DNA of 54,679 nucleotides from an uncultured Gammaproteobacteria bacterium. GTDB lineage: Bacteria; Patescibacteriota; Microgenomatia; Levybacterales; UBA12049. The position numbers and the translations under genes are program-made. Location of the stretch: the NCBI GenBank assembly GCA_964540925.1, contig CAZIOR010000002.1, positions 1 to 54,679 on the forward strand. The letters run 5' to 3'. Below, one piece after another: positions 9,295-19,408 of this stretch; positions within the stretch are counted from its first letter, which is position 1, and each line of letters starts with the position of its first letter. The notes beneath the pieces were generated by a model. The model was not told the origin of the DNA. It saw nothing but the letters and a program-made list of their open reading frames with translations, and did no database searches.

Positions 9295-10087
9295 TCTTCT
9301 TTGACCAAAAACTATTATACGTACTTAACTTATCTAAGAAAACAAAATCTTTTTGTACTTCTTTAACAATTTTCCTATCGACAAAATCTTCTATTAAAAG
9401 AGTTATAGCTTTGGTTTTTTTAATAAATCTTTTTGCCCCTAATAAAGCTGGTAACTCATATCCATCAATGTCTAATTTAACAAATACATGGTCAAATTTA
9501 TTAAGGTATTTTTCTGATAGTAGACTATCTAATGTTTTAACATTAATATCTAAATCATTTTTGCCATTTTTATTACTTAATCCGATTTTCTTTGTTTGAA
9601 CATTTTTAATTTTATTTAATTTTAAATTTTTCAAAAGAAGTTTATATCTTGTTGTTTCCGGCTCAAGAGCAAGAATAGTTAAATTTTTAGGATTTCTTAA
9701 TTTTTTAGAAACTTTGATTGTAAAATCTCCAAAATATGCTCCTACATCTATAAACAAAACTTTTTGCTTTTTGGCTATTTCTTTTTTAATTAGAGAGCTT
9801 ATTTTTTCTATATCCAGTCTTTCAAAAGAAGGAGAAACAACTATTAAACCTTCAAGATTATTCTGAATATAATACTTTCCAAATTTTGTTTCAAAATAAT
9901 CACGTTCAACAATGTTATCGAGTTTAAAACTTTTTTTTCTAAGAACGATAGATAACCATAAGATTTCTGCGTAAATAATTTCCCATTTTCCAACATTTAC
10001 TTCAAAAGGTAATCTTAATAAATTAAACAAATAAAAAAATATAAATCTTATTTTGCCGTATGTTGAAAACGTAAATTTATTATTCAA
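9287..10087 (-). CDS. FkbM-family SAM-dependent methyltransferase
   Basis: FIDVGAYFGDFTIKVSKK...ILALEPETTRYKLLLKNLKLNKIKNVQTKKIGLSNKNG is typical of FkbM/Methyltransf_21. The first codon is TTG (plus-strand caa at 10085-10087) and there is no in-frame ATG before the SAM motif. Confidence 0.75.
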   Translation of the reverse strand: MNNKFTFSTYGKIRFIFFYLFNLLRLPFEVNVGKWEIIYAEILWLSIVLRKKSFKLDNIVERDYFETKFGKYYIQNNLEGLIVVSPSFERLDIEKISSLIKKEIAKKQKVLFIDVGAYFGDFTIKVSKKLRNPKNLTILALEPETTRYKLLLKNLKLNKIKNVQTKKIGLSNKNGKNDLDINVKTLDSLLSEKYLNKFDHVFVKLDIDGYELPALLGAKRFIKKTKAITLLIEDFVDRKIVKEVQKDFVFLDKLSTYNSFWSKKND

Positions 10088-11006
10088 AAGAAACTCCTTT
10101 CAAGGTAAGAAAAATACCTGTTAAATTACCCTTAATATAATTAAAAGCTAATGTCACTTTCGTATTCCATGAAATTTCTGCAGACTCTTTACTTCTAAAA
10201 ATACTATTAATGTAATATGCCGCAAAAAACCAACTCCAAACAAATGCAACAGATAAGAATTGAAAAATATTTTTTGAAAACAATTTATGGAAAATTATTC
10301 TATTTCTAGCAAATACAAATGGTCTTCTAGGATCTAAAATAAAATTTCTATCTTCTAAGTCGTGATAAATCTTTGCTTTTTGGGCAACAAAAATTTCATA
10401 ACCCTGCTTTTTAATTCTATAGGCAACATCACTCTCTTCATACATAATCCCATAAAATTTTCTAAAATTAATCTTGCCTTTATCTAAAACACTTTTTCTT
10501 AACATATACGCATTTGGAATATCCACAGTATCTAATAAATTGAGTTTTGTTTTTAACTTATTATCATGATATGTTTTACTTGTCCACATATTTCGCCTTG
10601 CTCTTTGCCATAAAGCTCTATTTTTATTTTTTATTGAATAAATTGCAGGACCAATCTCCCCGATCTTAGGATTGTTGTCCATTTCATTTACTAATATTTC
10701 AATTGTATTTTTTTCTAAAACATTATCATCATCTATAAAAAATACATATTTACCCTTTGCAATTTTTAGACCTGCATTCCTTGAGCCAGCAGCAAATAAA
10801 TTTTTTGGATTGTTAATTACTTTTAAATTTTTAATTTTAAGCTTTTTTAAAAAATCAGCAGTATTATCAGGAGATGCATCATTGACTACAATTATTTCTA
10901 AGTTCTTATACGTACTAGCGACAATACTTTTAAGTAGCCTTTCGAGCATGGGTTTTCGATTATATGTAGGAATAACTATAGAAAGTAATGATAATTGATT
11001 TTTCAT
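10080..11006 (-). CDS. GT2 family glycosyltransferase
   Basis: LSIVIPTYNRKPMLERLL...LEIIVVNDASPDNT, FFIDDDN, YEESDVAYRIKKQGYEI. Confidence 0.85.
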   Translation of the reverse strand: MKNQLSLLSIVIPTYNRKPMLERLLKSIVASTYKNLEIIVVNDASPDNTADFLKKLKIKNLKVINNPKNLFAAGSRNAGLKIAKGKYVFFIDDDNVLEKNTIEILVNEMDNNPKIGEIGPAIYSIKNKNRALWQRARRNMWTSKTYHDNKLKTKLNLLDTVDIPNAYMLRKSVLDKGKINFRKFYGIMYEESDVAYRIKKQGYEIFVAQKAKIYHDLEDRNFILDPRRPFVFARNRIIFHKLFSKNIFQFLSVAFVWSWFFAAYYINSIFRSKESAEISWNTKVTLAFNYIKGNLTGIFLTLKGVSFE

Positions 11007-11008
11007 AT

Positions 11009-11860
11009 TTAACGAATAAATCTAGCAAAAATTATACCTAAAAATCCAGCTGTATATTCAGACAACCTCATCGTTATAAAAGCAAGAGTATCTACTGGTC
11101 TTTTAGCAAACATTCTCCAATGGGTAAAGAATGATTTACGAAAAGGAAAAAAGCTGACTAAACCTTGTTTTGGTCGTTTAGAAACATATTTGAGAGCTTC
11201 TCTTCCATACATAAATCTTTTTTTAATCAGCTTCATCAATTTTAGGTCTCCTTCATTATGTAAGATATAATTTTTTGTTCTTAATACTTTATATCCCATC
11301 TCCAATGTCTTTTGATATAAATCCCAATCATTTCCACCAGCACCTAAGCTTAAATCAAATCCTCCAACTGCTTTCCATACGGATTTTTTATAGAATCTTG
11401 GTGACTCAACTGTGTCGTCCCCCCAATAGCATCGTCTTTCAAGTTGTTTAGCATTAGCCCAAATTCCTTTACCAAATGATTCTTCTTTAATAATGACTGC
11501 GTCTGCTCCCCTTTTTGCTAATTCAACGCATTCTGATAAAACATTTTTTGTCATTTCCATATCTGTATCTAGCCAATAAATATACTTTCCTTTTGCCTTA
11601 TTTGCTCCATAATTTATTTTGTGTGGTGCATCAAAAAGTCCTTTTTTAATTCTAGGAACATAGGTAAAGAATTTAGCTTTATATTTCAATGCTATTTCCT
11701 TTGCGTTATCTGTTGAGTTTCCATCAACAATTATTATTTCTAAATTTTTGTAAGGCTGACTCCTGAGCTTATTTAAACAGACTTCTAATAGAACAGCTGC
11801 GTTTCTAGTTGGAATTACCACAGAAATAAGTTCTTGTTTTAAAGTTAATTTGGCTTTCAT
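11009..11860 (-). CDS. GT2 family glycosyltransferase
   Basis: ISVVIPTRNAAVLLEVCL...LEIIIVDGNSTDN, YWLDTDMEM, GGNDWDLYQKTLEMGYKV. Confidence 0.85.
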   Translation of the reverse strand: MKAKLTLKQELISVVIPTRNAAVLLEVCLNKLRSQPYKNLEIIIVDGNSTDNAKEIALKYKAKFFTYVPRIKKGLFDAPHKINYGANKAKGKYIYWLDTDMEMTKNVLSECVELAKRGADAVIIKEESFGKGIWANAKQLERRCYWGDDTVESPRFYKKSVWKAVGGFDLSLGAGGNDWDLYQKTLEMGYKVLRTKNYILHNEGDLKLMKLIKKRFMYGREALKYVSKRPKQGLVSFFPFRKSFFTHWRMFAKRPVDTLAFITMRLSEYTAGFLGIIFARFIR

Positions 11861-12711
11861 AATTTTGCTATTTTTAAAAAGCTTTCTAAAGATTTATTCC
11901 ATTTTGGCAAAACTATTCCTAATTTCTTAGCTTTAGCAGAATTTAAAGGAGTAAATAATGGTGGCTTTGATAATCTATTAAAATCTTTTAATTTTTTAGA
12001 AATAATTTTTACTTTTTTAATTCTTAATATTTTAAATGCTTCTTTAGCAAAATTAAGTCTAGAAACAGTACCGAAATTTGCTAAATGATAAAGTCCATAT
12101 TTATGAGTATTAATTAATTTTTGTAAAGCAATCGCTAGATCCAAAGAATATGTTGGAGAGCTTACCTCATCACTTACTAACTCAAGTTGGCCGTCTTTTT
12201 TTGCCCTACCAACTACGACATGCAAAAAATTTGAACTCCAATCGCTATATAACCATGAGGTTCTTACTATAAAATATTTTTTTAATGATTTAGCGATAAG
12301 CTTTTCAGCTTCCAACTTAGTTTGCCCAACCACAGTAATAGGATTTGGTTTATCTTTTTCTGTATATCTTGATTTCTTTTTACCATCAAAGACCTCGTTG
12401 GTACTAACAAATAATAATTCTGCACCAATCTTTTGACACGCTTCAATTATATTTTGTGTTCCTTTAACGTTGATCGCAAAAGCTTTCTCTGGATCCCTGG
12501 CGCATTCATCACCCCTAGTCAGTGATGCAAAGTGAAAAATTATATCAGGCTTAAATTTAGTGACCAATGAAAGAACCTTTTTCTTGTCAGTAATATCCAA
12601 GGTCTTTCTATCTGCCAAAAACAAATCTTCTTCTTGATAAAGACTTATTATTGATTTAGCCAATTGACCATTTGCTCCGGTAATAAAAATTCTCATTTTA
12701 CTATTGCTCAT
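11857..12711 (-). CDS. rmlD: RmlD-like NAD(P)-dependent sugar reductase (dTDP-4-dehydrorhamnose reductase family)
   Basis: MRIFITGANGQLAKSI Rossmann motif, STNEVFDG, YGQTKLEAE (YxxxK), VRTSWLYS, SPTYSLDLA. The ATG at 12711 has an AAAGGA Shine-Dalgarno element 4-5 nt upstream. No rmlA, rmlB or rmlC is present in the window, so the true substrate is uncertain. Confidence 0.7.
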   Translation of the reverse strand: MSNSKMRIFITGANGQLAKSIISLYQEEDLFLADRKTLDITDKKKVLSLVTKFKPDIIFHFASLTRGDECARDPEKAFAINVKGTQNIIEACQKIGAELLFVSTNEVFDGKKKSRYTEKDKPNPITVVGQTKLEAEKLIAKSLKKYFIVRTSWLYSDWSSNFLHVVVGRAKKDGQLELVSDEVSSPTYSLDLAIALQKLINTHKYGLYHLANFGTVSRLNFAKEAFKILRIKKVKIISKKLKDFNRLSKPPLFTPLNSAKAKKLGIVLPKWNKSLESFLKIAKL

Positions 12712-14020
12712 TATATCCTTTAATTGCCCAGATGTTTAGACATATTATTATAATCAAAGATAGATAGTTAATTACACTAGATATTTTACTTGTCTTAGGA
12801 AAAAATACTGGCAATAAAGAGAAGCTAAACATCGCCAAAAACCCTCTAAACACAATAAACGAAAACCCGATGGCTTGACCCCAAGTTAGTTGAAGCAGAG
12901 AAAGACCTGTGAATATTAAGAACATAAAAGTTAAAAAATGATTTTTATTAAAATATTCTTTTATAAAAATTGCCGTTGAAATAATTAAGAATGGATAAAA
13001 TGGATACCTATACCATCCATGTTGGGGCTCATTGGGAATTGCAAACACAAAAATTGCAAAATATGCCAAAAAAGGAAATATAACAAACAGATTATTTTTA
13101 TAATCTTTAATTCCTAATAAGATTAGAGTAAACCATCCAAAATAAATCCACCCGTCTAATAAAAATCTATCTATTAAGTATGGAGATGTAAAAAGAGCAA
13201 ATATACTATTATAAGCAAGATCATAACGTTGCAGTTGAAGTTGCCAAAGTTTAACAAATAAATTTGGGTCCCAATATAAACCATAGGCTATAAAAATTAA
13301 AAATATAGGAATTACGATTAAAAGAAATTTATATATATCCTTGTATTTCTTATAATAAAGTAGGATTAAGACGATGGCTAAAGCAGCTGTAATCCAAGGA
13401 ATTTTGGCCAAAATAAGTAGTCCACAAATTAAAGCCGCAATATTTCTAAAGACTGATCTTTTTGATTTAATAAATTTACTAGTTAAGTATAAAGATAAAA
13501 GAAAAAAGGGTATAAAAAAGTTTTCGTTTTCAACAATTCTTGATCCTATAACCACAGTAGGAACTGTTGCATAAATTAAAGAAGAAATAAGCCCTAACTT
13601 TATTCCATAAATTTCTGCAGCGAAAATATAGACCATAAAAATACTCAAAACTCCTAATAATAAAGCTAAACTTCTTATTTGCTGTAAATTCGTATGTAAA
13701 ATATCCGAAGCTCCGTTGGCAATTGCCCAACCTCCTGCAATTAAACCAAACAAAGGTGGGTGCTCTAAATAAGGCTTTACAAGAGTAAAGTAGGCGCCTT
13801 GATACTTAATTACCTTCCTATTCTCATATTGTAAATGTGGAGACCAAGAAATTGGCGTATGATTTTGAATTAAGTTAATACCTAACCAAGTCCAAGCATA
13901 TTCATCGAATGTTGCTCCAAGCCTAGGCCAAGTATAAATATTATTGTGTCTTAAATATAAACCCAGAATTAAAATTAGGCCTAAAATAATAAACCTAAAT
14001 TTAACAATAAATTCATTCAT
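12701..14020 (-). CDS. PMT/GT39-like GT-C glycosyltransferase (phospholipid-carrier-dependent)
   Basis: 439 aa, polytopic. The first loop carries TFDEYAWTWLG (DE motif) and YLEHPPLFGLIAGGW (HPPL motif of the PMT/ArnT clan). Confidence 0.7.
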   Translation of the reverse strand: MNEFIVKFRFIILGLILILGLYLRHNNIYTWPRLGATFDEYAWTWLGINLIQNHTPISWSPHLQYENRKVIKYQGAYFTLVKPYLEHPPLFGLIAGGWAIANGASDILHTNLQQIRSLALLLGVLSIFMVYIFAAEIYGIKLGLISSLIYATVPTVVIGSRIVENENFFIPFFLLSLYLTSKFIKSKRSVFRNIAALICGLLILAKIPWITAALAIVLILLYYKKYKDIYKFLLIVIPIFLIFIAYGLYWDPNLFVKLWQLQLQRYDLAYNSIFALFTSPYLIDRFLLDGWIYFGWFTLILLGIKDYKNNLFVIFPFLAYFAIFVFAIPNEPQHGWYRYPFYPFLIISTAIFIKEYFNKNHFLTFMFLIFTGLSLLQLTWGQAIGFSFIVFRGFLAMFSFSLLPVFFPKTSKISSVINYLSLIIIICLNIWAIKGYNEQ

Positions 14021-14023
14021 TAT

Positions 14024-15121
14024 TTACAAAACGCTTTCGATTAAATTTGTACTCTGTTTAACGGCAGCTTGCCACTTTAAATTTTTAGCTCTCTTTAATC
14101 CATTTTTTTGATATCTTAAATATAATTCCTTATTGTTAATTAAATCAATTGCCTCCCTTGCCATTTCTTGAGGGGTATTTTTTTTAATTACAACTCCTGT
14201 TTCACCATTAATTACTGAATCCCTAAGTCCTCCAACGTTATAGACTACTGATGGGGTACCTTGACTTGCTGCTTCGATAACAACCAATCCCCAACCTTCC
14301 TTAACTGATGCATGGAGCAAAACATTTGCTTTTCTCATTAACTCAAGTTTTTTAGCATTGGAAATATGACCAAAAAATTTAACCTTTGAAGCAATTGAAT
14401 AGGATTTCATCATTTTTTTTAAAGAATTAACATACTTCACGTCACCATCTCCAACAATCCACAAATTGGCATTTTTTATCTCTTTTAAAATATGAAAGAA
14501 GGTTCTTACAACCTCTTCTATTCCCTTCATCTTTACAACTCTGCTTACAAAAATAAAAGTGGGTACGATCTCTTTTTTGGGTAATTTTGTAACTGGCTTA
14601 TCCATTAACCCACTTATAACAACTGTAATATTTGATCTCTTAATACCTGCTTTTTCTAAAGATAATTTTGTTGACTCAGACGCTGTCATAAATTTAATAT
14701 TTTTGTAAAACATGAATATTAGATATTCAATTTTTTTACCAATAAAACTGATTGGAAAAGGAAACATATAATCCCAAATCTCATCAGCTATTTCATGGAT
14801 AAAGGCAATCTTTGGTTTTCTTACATATAAAGGGGTGAAAAATGGCAATCCATGAATTTCATCGACTACTAAATCAAATTTATTTCCTGAAAATAAATAA
14901 TAAAAAAATGCATATAAATAAACTGTTAAAAAATTACCTCTTCTGACTACCTTAACACCATTGATTGACTCAGTAGGAGCACAGCCTGCAAACTCAGAAG
15001 AAAACCAAGTAACAGTATGTTTATTTTTTATCCATCCTTTTGCATGTTCGAGGGTAACTATTTCTGCTCCTCCTCCTTTTGGATTTTTTGGATCTCTCCA
15101 ATTAAGTATTAATATATTCAT
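14024..15121 (-). CDS. GT4 (GT-B fold) glycosyltransferase
   Basis: The C-terminal EGWGLVVIEAASQGTPSVVYNVGGLRDSVINGETG matches the EX7E Glycos_transf_1 signature. Confidence 0.85.
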   Translation of the reverse strand: MNILILNWRDPKNPKGGGAEIVTLEHAKGWIKNKHTVTWFSSEFAGCAPTESINGVKVVRRGNFLTVYLYAFFYYLFSGNKFDLVVDEIHGLPFFTPLYVRKPKIAFIHEIADEIWDYMFPFPISFIGKKIEYLIFMFYKNIKFMTASESTKLSLEKAGIKRSNITVVISGLMDKPVTKLPKKEIVPTFIFVSRVVKMKGIEEVVRTFFHILKEIKNANLWIVGDGDVKYVNSLKKMMKSYSIASKVKFFGHISNAKKLELMRKANVLLHASVKEGWGLVVIEAASQGTPSVVYNVGGLRDSVINGETGVVIKKNTPQEMAREAIDLINNKELYLRYQKNGLKRAKNLKWQAAVKQSTNLIESVL

Positions 15122-15858
15122 TTATCGTAATAACGAAGAATTTTTACTCTATAAAATACTGCTATAGTATCCCACATCATCCAAAAAATTACTTTCCAAA
15201 AATTAGATGAAGAAATTGAACTTGCGCCATTAAAATTAAGCTTAATTGGTGATTCAAATATTCGTGTATAACCCAATTTATGCGCCACAGCTAAAACCTC
15301 TATATCAAATGCAAATCTTTTAACAATTATTTTTGAAAAAACATCTTTAGCGACTTTTCTTTTATAAATCTTTAGTCCTACTTGAGTATCTTTTACATTA
15401 AAACCAAACAAAAGATGAGTTAATGTTCTATATCCCCATGAAAACACTTTTCTAATTGGAGGATATTTTACTTTTGATTCGGGATGAAGCTTACTACCAA
15501 CGACTATATCAGCATTATTCCAATCCATAATATCCAACATTATTGATATCTCAGTTGGATCAATATCCATTCCTGCGTCTATAAAGCCGATTATGTCACC
15601 ACTTGCTCGCTCTACGCCATATTTAATAGCAAAACCTTTTCCAATATTCTTTTCATAACCTAATGCCTTGATATCAATATTTTTAACGCTTTTTATTTTT
15701 TGAAGTGTCTTGTCTAAATAGCCGTCAACTACTACGATTATTTCATGTTTTATAGACAAGGAGGATAAAACTTTATCAAGATTTTTTACATCTTTTTCGA
15801 TAGTTTTTTCTTGTTTATATGCCGGTATAATAAGAGTTAATAATTTCGTTTTTTCCAT
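15118..15858 (-). CDS. GT2 glycosyltransferase, DPM1/DPG-synthase-like (probable polyprenyl-phosphate-sugar synthase)
   Basis: LTLIIPAYKQEKTIEKDV...IIVVVDGYLDKT, FIDAGMDIDPTEI, VVGSKLHPESKV, DTQVGLKIYKRK. Confidence 0.75.
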   Translation of the reverse strand: MEKTKLLTLIIPAYKQEKTIEKDVKNLDKVLSSLSIKHEIIVVVDGYLDKTLQKIKSVKNIDIKALGYEKNIGKGFAIKYGVERASGDIIGFIDAGMDIDPTEISIMLDIMDWNNADIVVGSKLHPESKVKYPPIRKVFSWGYRTLTHLLFGFNVKDTQVGLKIYKRKVAKDVFSKIIVKRFAFDIEVLAVAHKLGYTRIFESPIKLNFNGASSISSSNFWKVIFWMMWDTIAVFYRVKILRYYDK

Positions 15859-15892
15859 TTACAGGAAATGCTCCTCTATTTGTATTTATTGC

Positions 15893-15921
15893 AGTATACC
15901 ACAGAAAATAAGACTATTTAA
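15893..15921 (-). promoter_or_regulatory. Internal promoter TTAAAT-17-TGgTATACT with a leadered transcript (AGAGGAG Shine-Dalgarno)
   Basis: The 55-nt gap between the Wzx stop (15914) and the ATG at 15858 reads, on the minus strand, TGGTATACT (15901-15893), then AGAGGAG about 12 nt before the ATG. Confidence 0.35.
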
Positions 15922-17191
15922 TAGGGGTTTGAGCTTTAATATAATTTAAATAAATTAGGATAAACAAAACTGCTAATAATATCGATGAACTGATTAAAGA
16001 TACCCAGATAACCTCTAAAAAGTTATTGTGATAAATATAAATCAAAACTATTTGCATAACCGCTGCTACAACAACTGGGACATACACTTTTGTATAGTTA
16101 AGTGAAAGAAAAAAATTAACACATACATTCACTAAGCTAAAGATAGTTAAATATAAACCAAAAATTCCTAAATACTTAGATAAATAAAGATAATCTCTGC
16201 CTCCTAAGAAAATATTTATCACTAGATTTGGAAATAAAAAGTAAAAGATTGTAATTAAGATAGATGGAACAATAACTAATACTAAGGACAAGTAAAAAAG
16301 ATTCATAAACCTCTTCCCCATCGCTTTTCTCTTAACAAGCAAGGGAAACATCGCGAGTGGTATTGGAAATGTAAAATAAAAAATTACTTTTCCAATTAAA
16401 GACATTCCTGCATAAAAACCAGCTACATGTGGCTCAAAGAAATGCTTAACTAAAATAACATCTGTTGAGGTAAATGAAGTCATAAACAAAACAGCTATAA
16501 AAGCTGGAACAGCATATTTAAGTAATTTTTTTGTTTGATTAGGAATTTTTTCTCCTGAATCATGCGCTGACAATATTTTTCTAAGAGGCATAAAAGCTAC
16601 TAGAAACATACCAAAAGTCATAAAAAACACAGCCCAAAGTCCCCCAAACGCCCTGTATCCTAAAACAACCAACACAATGCCAAATAGTAATTTAAAAATT
16701 CCTCCAGATATATTTAAAAATGAAATAAAGTTAAACTTCAGAAGTCCTTGAAGAAAACCCATATTTAATGTGTTTAAGTAAAATGTTGCAATCGCAATCG
16801 CAGAAATTAAGATATATAGAGAATTATTTAAATTTAAATACCTAGCTAAAGGATTTGCTAAAACAACACCTAACCCTACTATCAATACGCAGATAAATAA
16901 AATTGATTTAAAAAAATATGCATATAAATGCTTCAGCTTGCCCATTTGATTTGTAACGAAATAGTCTGTGGCAAATTTAACAATTATTGTGTTTATGGAA
17001 TTTGCAGGAATTGCAGCCAATGTGATCAAAGACAACAAAGATGCAAAAATTGCATAATCTGCATAGGATAAATTTCTGGCTAAAAACCAATTTAAAATAA
17101 AAGCAAGAAAGTTTGCGATTATTGAACCTAAAAATAAATAAAAACTACCAGATACTAGCTCGTGAGTGGCTATTTTTTTGATAAATTCCAT
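15914..17191 (-). CDS. MOP-superfamily oligosaccharide/polysaccharide flippase (Wzx-like)
   Basis: About 12-14 TM helices. The N-terminus SGSFYLFLGSIIANFLAFILNWFLARNLSYADYAIFASLLSL resembles Polysacc_synt proteins. The track start at 17200 is a TTG; I use the ATG at 17191 (MEFIKK), which leaves 1 nt after the upstream stop. Confidence 0.75.
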   Translation of the reverse strand: MEFIKKIATHELVSGSFYLFLGSIIANFLAFILNWFLARNLSYADYAIFASLLSLITLAAIPANSINTIIVKFATDYFVTNQMGKLKHLYAYFFKSILFICVLIVGLGVVLANPLARYLNLNNSLYILISAIAIATFYLNTLNMGFLQGLLKFNFISFLNISGGIFKLLFGIVLVVLGYRAFGGLWAVFFMTFGMFLVAFMPLRKILSAHDSGEKIPNQTKKLLKYAVPAFIAVLFMTSFTSTDVILVKHFFEPHVAGFYAGMSLIGKVIFYFTFPIPLAMFPLLVKRKAMGKRFMNLFYLSLVLVIVPSILITIFYFLFPNLVINIFLGGRDYLYLSKYLGIFGLYLTIFSLVNVCVNFFLSLNYTKVYVPVVVAAVMQIVLIYIYHNNFLEVIWVSLISSSILLAVLFILIYLNYIKAQTPIK

Positions 17192-17192
17192 A

Positions 17193-18242
17193 TTAACCAA
17201 TTACTTTTTTATATGTCTCGATCGTTTCTTCCGCGGTTTTCTTCCAAGAATACTTTTTTACATTTGCATAACCTTTGTTCACTAATTCTTCTTGTAACTT
17301 TTTATCTTCTAATACTTGCCGAATTCCCCTTGCAATATCTTCCAGATCAAAAGCATCAACAATATATCCACTACTTGCAACAACTTCCTTTAAAGATCCC
17401 TCAGCGGTAGTAATAACAGGACAACCACAAGCCTGTGCCTCTAACGCCGGTAAACCAAAACCTTCGTAAAATGAGGGTAGAATTGCAGCATCAGCTACAT
17501 TATATAAATTAACTAAATCATCACTATCAACAAACCCTAACCTAATAACATTTGGGTTATCCTTGGCTAACTCATGCACTCTGTTTAAATCATGATTCCA
17601 AGGATTTATTTTATCGTAATTTTCATTAACTAAACTTTTGCCAACCATTACTAAATTTACTTTTGCAGAATTTACAGCGTTTATAAGCCTTGGTAGGTTT
17701 TTATTCGCTGTAACATCACCAACATATAAAATAAACTTTTCAGGAAGATTAAACTTCTTTTTTATTTTATTTTTTTCTTCATTGGATAAGTTTAAATTTT
17801 TAAACTGCTTTCCTGCAGCTAAATACACGACATCGATCTTTCCTTCTTTAATTTTTGTAAATTTAATAATATCTTCCTTAGAATTATTTGAATCAGTAAT
17901 TATCCTTCGAGTTTTTCTAAGAGAAAATCTTTGCATCTGCCATTTCAATTCACCCTTAAAACCTCTAGGAAATAGATCTTTAAAAACAATCGGAGTTAAA
18001 TCATGAATCGTAACAACAGTTTTATATCTTTTATAAAGTGGTAGCGCTAAAAAGAAAGGCTCAAAATAAGGAAAATGTACTAAATCGACATTTTTTGGAA
18101 TTGGTTGTCCAGCTTCAAAAAATATATATTCATTTTCAGGAAAATATTCTAAAAGCGCAGATTTTAAATTCTCTAAATAAAATCCTACTCCTCTAATTTT
18201 ATGCCCACTTGATAACGGTGAAATATCGATAGCAATCTTCAT
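17193..18242 (-). CDS. GT4 (GT-B fold) glycosyltransferase
   Basis: EGFGLPALEAQACGCPVITTAEGSLKEVV (EX7E motif); N-terminal MKIAIDISPL. Confidence 0.85.
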   Translation of the reverse strand: MKIAIDISPLSSGHKIRGVGFYLENLKSALLEYFPENEYIFFEAGQPIPKNVDLVHFPYFEPFFLALPLYKRYKTVVTIHDLTPIVFKDLFPRGFKGELKWQMQRFSLRKTRRIITDSNNSKEDIIKFTKIKEGKIDVVYLAAGKQFKNLNLSNEEKNKIKKKFNLPEKFILYVGDVTANKNLPRLINAVNSAKVNLVMVGKSLVNENYDKINPWNHDLNRVHELAKDNPNVIRLGFVDSDDLVNLYNVADAAILPSFYEGFGLPALEAQACGCPVITTAEGSLKEVVASSGYIVDAFDLEDIARGIRQVLEDKKLQEELVNKGYANVKKYSWKKTAEETIETYKKVIG

Positions 18243-19408
18243 ATTTTCTTATTTATTAATTTAACACAATTAACGATTCCGTATATAAGAATTATATATA
18301 ATATTGGAATTAAAATCACAAAATACCTAGAAAAAACCTGACCAGTGCTTAAAAATGCTAAATAAACAAAAACCCAAGTAAGTAAAATATTTAAGTTTGT
18401 CTTATGGGGAATTAATTTAAGCAAATACATACAAGTAATTATTACATAGCCTATTGTTAAAATTGGCCAAGTAATAGACCATTGCGGATCAGAAATTACA
18501 GGTTTATTACCAAACCAAACATACCATTTGTTTAGCAGTAATAGGGGCCAGACTGATAATGGCAGGATTAGAAAACTTTTATGATAATCAAAGACCCATT
18601 TCTGAATTCCTAAAAATTTAGAAAAAGTATACCCAAAAGCAAAAACCCTTACATAGCTTAGAAGTAAAACAAACAAAGATATAGGCAGGGTGAAAGTTAA
18701 ATGGATTAGTCTTTTTTTGTCACGCATAAAAAGCAGAACTAAATACCAAGCCGCAATTATTGTAAATCCTGATATAAAAAACTTTGTAGCAATAAAAAAT
18801 CCTAAAAATAGATTAGCAATTGAGAAATTTAGTATAGATCTTTTAGCTAAACCTTTATTAAAAAAGTAAAATGTCCCAATGAGGAAACAAAGTTGGAATA
18901 TGTCCATAAGCGGCGTATAGATGAATTGATTTTTAAAAATAGCCTCAAAACTAAGCAAAGTTACCGGAATTAAAGCTAGAGTTGTATCTACTAATACTTG
19001 TTTACTAAGAAAATAGAAAAAAATTAGAGTAATTATTCCAAAAATTAAAACAGACATTGCGTCATTATCAAAAATTAAAGTTGATAATCCTATTATGTAT
19101 TTACCTAGAGGCGGAGCGTCTGGTACAACTAAAACTGGGCTTGTACCTTTAATTAATTTACCTCCAGAATAAGAAAACGCAGTTTCATCAGGAATAAAAC
19201 CCTTCGCATGCTTGTTAACATATTGAGAATCAAGAAAAATTTTTTCTAAAGATTTAAAATTTTCCCAATATTTATAATCAAAATATCTTGATTTATGTTC
19301 GTAAATATTGAAACTAAAGTTTAAGCAGATTACTATTATAAAAATTAAATTAATTAATTTTTTATACTTGGAGAGTTTTTCTAAGAATTTTGTTGTTTTG
19401 AATGCCAT
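18239..19408 (-). CDS. PMT/GT39-like GT-C glycosyltransferase
   Basis: FIPDETAFSYSGG (DE loop) followed by VVPDAPPLGKYIIGLSTLIF, which matches the PMT HPPLGK motif. Polytopic. The track start at 19414 is a TTG; I use the ATG at 19408. It overlaps the galE 3' end by 28 nt. Confidence 0.6.
   Translation of the reverse strand: MAFKTTKFLEKLSKYKKLINLIFIIVICLNFSFNIYEHKSRYFDYKYWENFKSLEKIFLDSQYVNKHAKGFIPDETAFSYSGGKLIKGTSPVLVVPDAPPLGKYIIGLSTLIFDNDAMSVLIFGIITLIFFYFLSKQVLVDTTLALIPVTLLSFEAIFKNQFIYTPLMDIFQLCFLIGTFYFFNKGLAKRSILNFSIANLFLGFFIATKFFISGFTIIAAWYLVLLFMRDKKRLIHLTFTLPISLFVLLLSYVRVFAFGYTFSKFLGIQKWVFDYHKSFLILPLSVWPLLLLNKWYVWFGNKPVISDPQWSITWPILTIGYVIITCMYLLKLIPHKTNLNILLTWVFVYLAFLSTGQVFSRYFVILIPILYIILIYGIVNCVKLINKKI

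Noticed and set aside
10672-10998. A 108-aa plus-strand ORF antisense to the GT2 gene 10080..11006. The similar longest antisense ORFs are 17638..18006 (122 aa) and 35706..36017 (103 aa).
   Set aside because: No start context or promoter and no motif. Each lies entirely within a well-supported gene on the other strand. Length alone is not convincing at this base composition.
12696-12711. An alternative start for the RmlD-like gene at the second Met (MRIFITG, 12696).
   Set aside because: The ATG at 12711 has an AAAGGA Shine-Dalgarno element at the right distance, while the ATG at 12696 has none. I kept the longer form, though the difference is only 5 codons.
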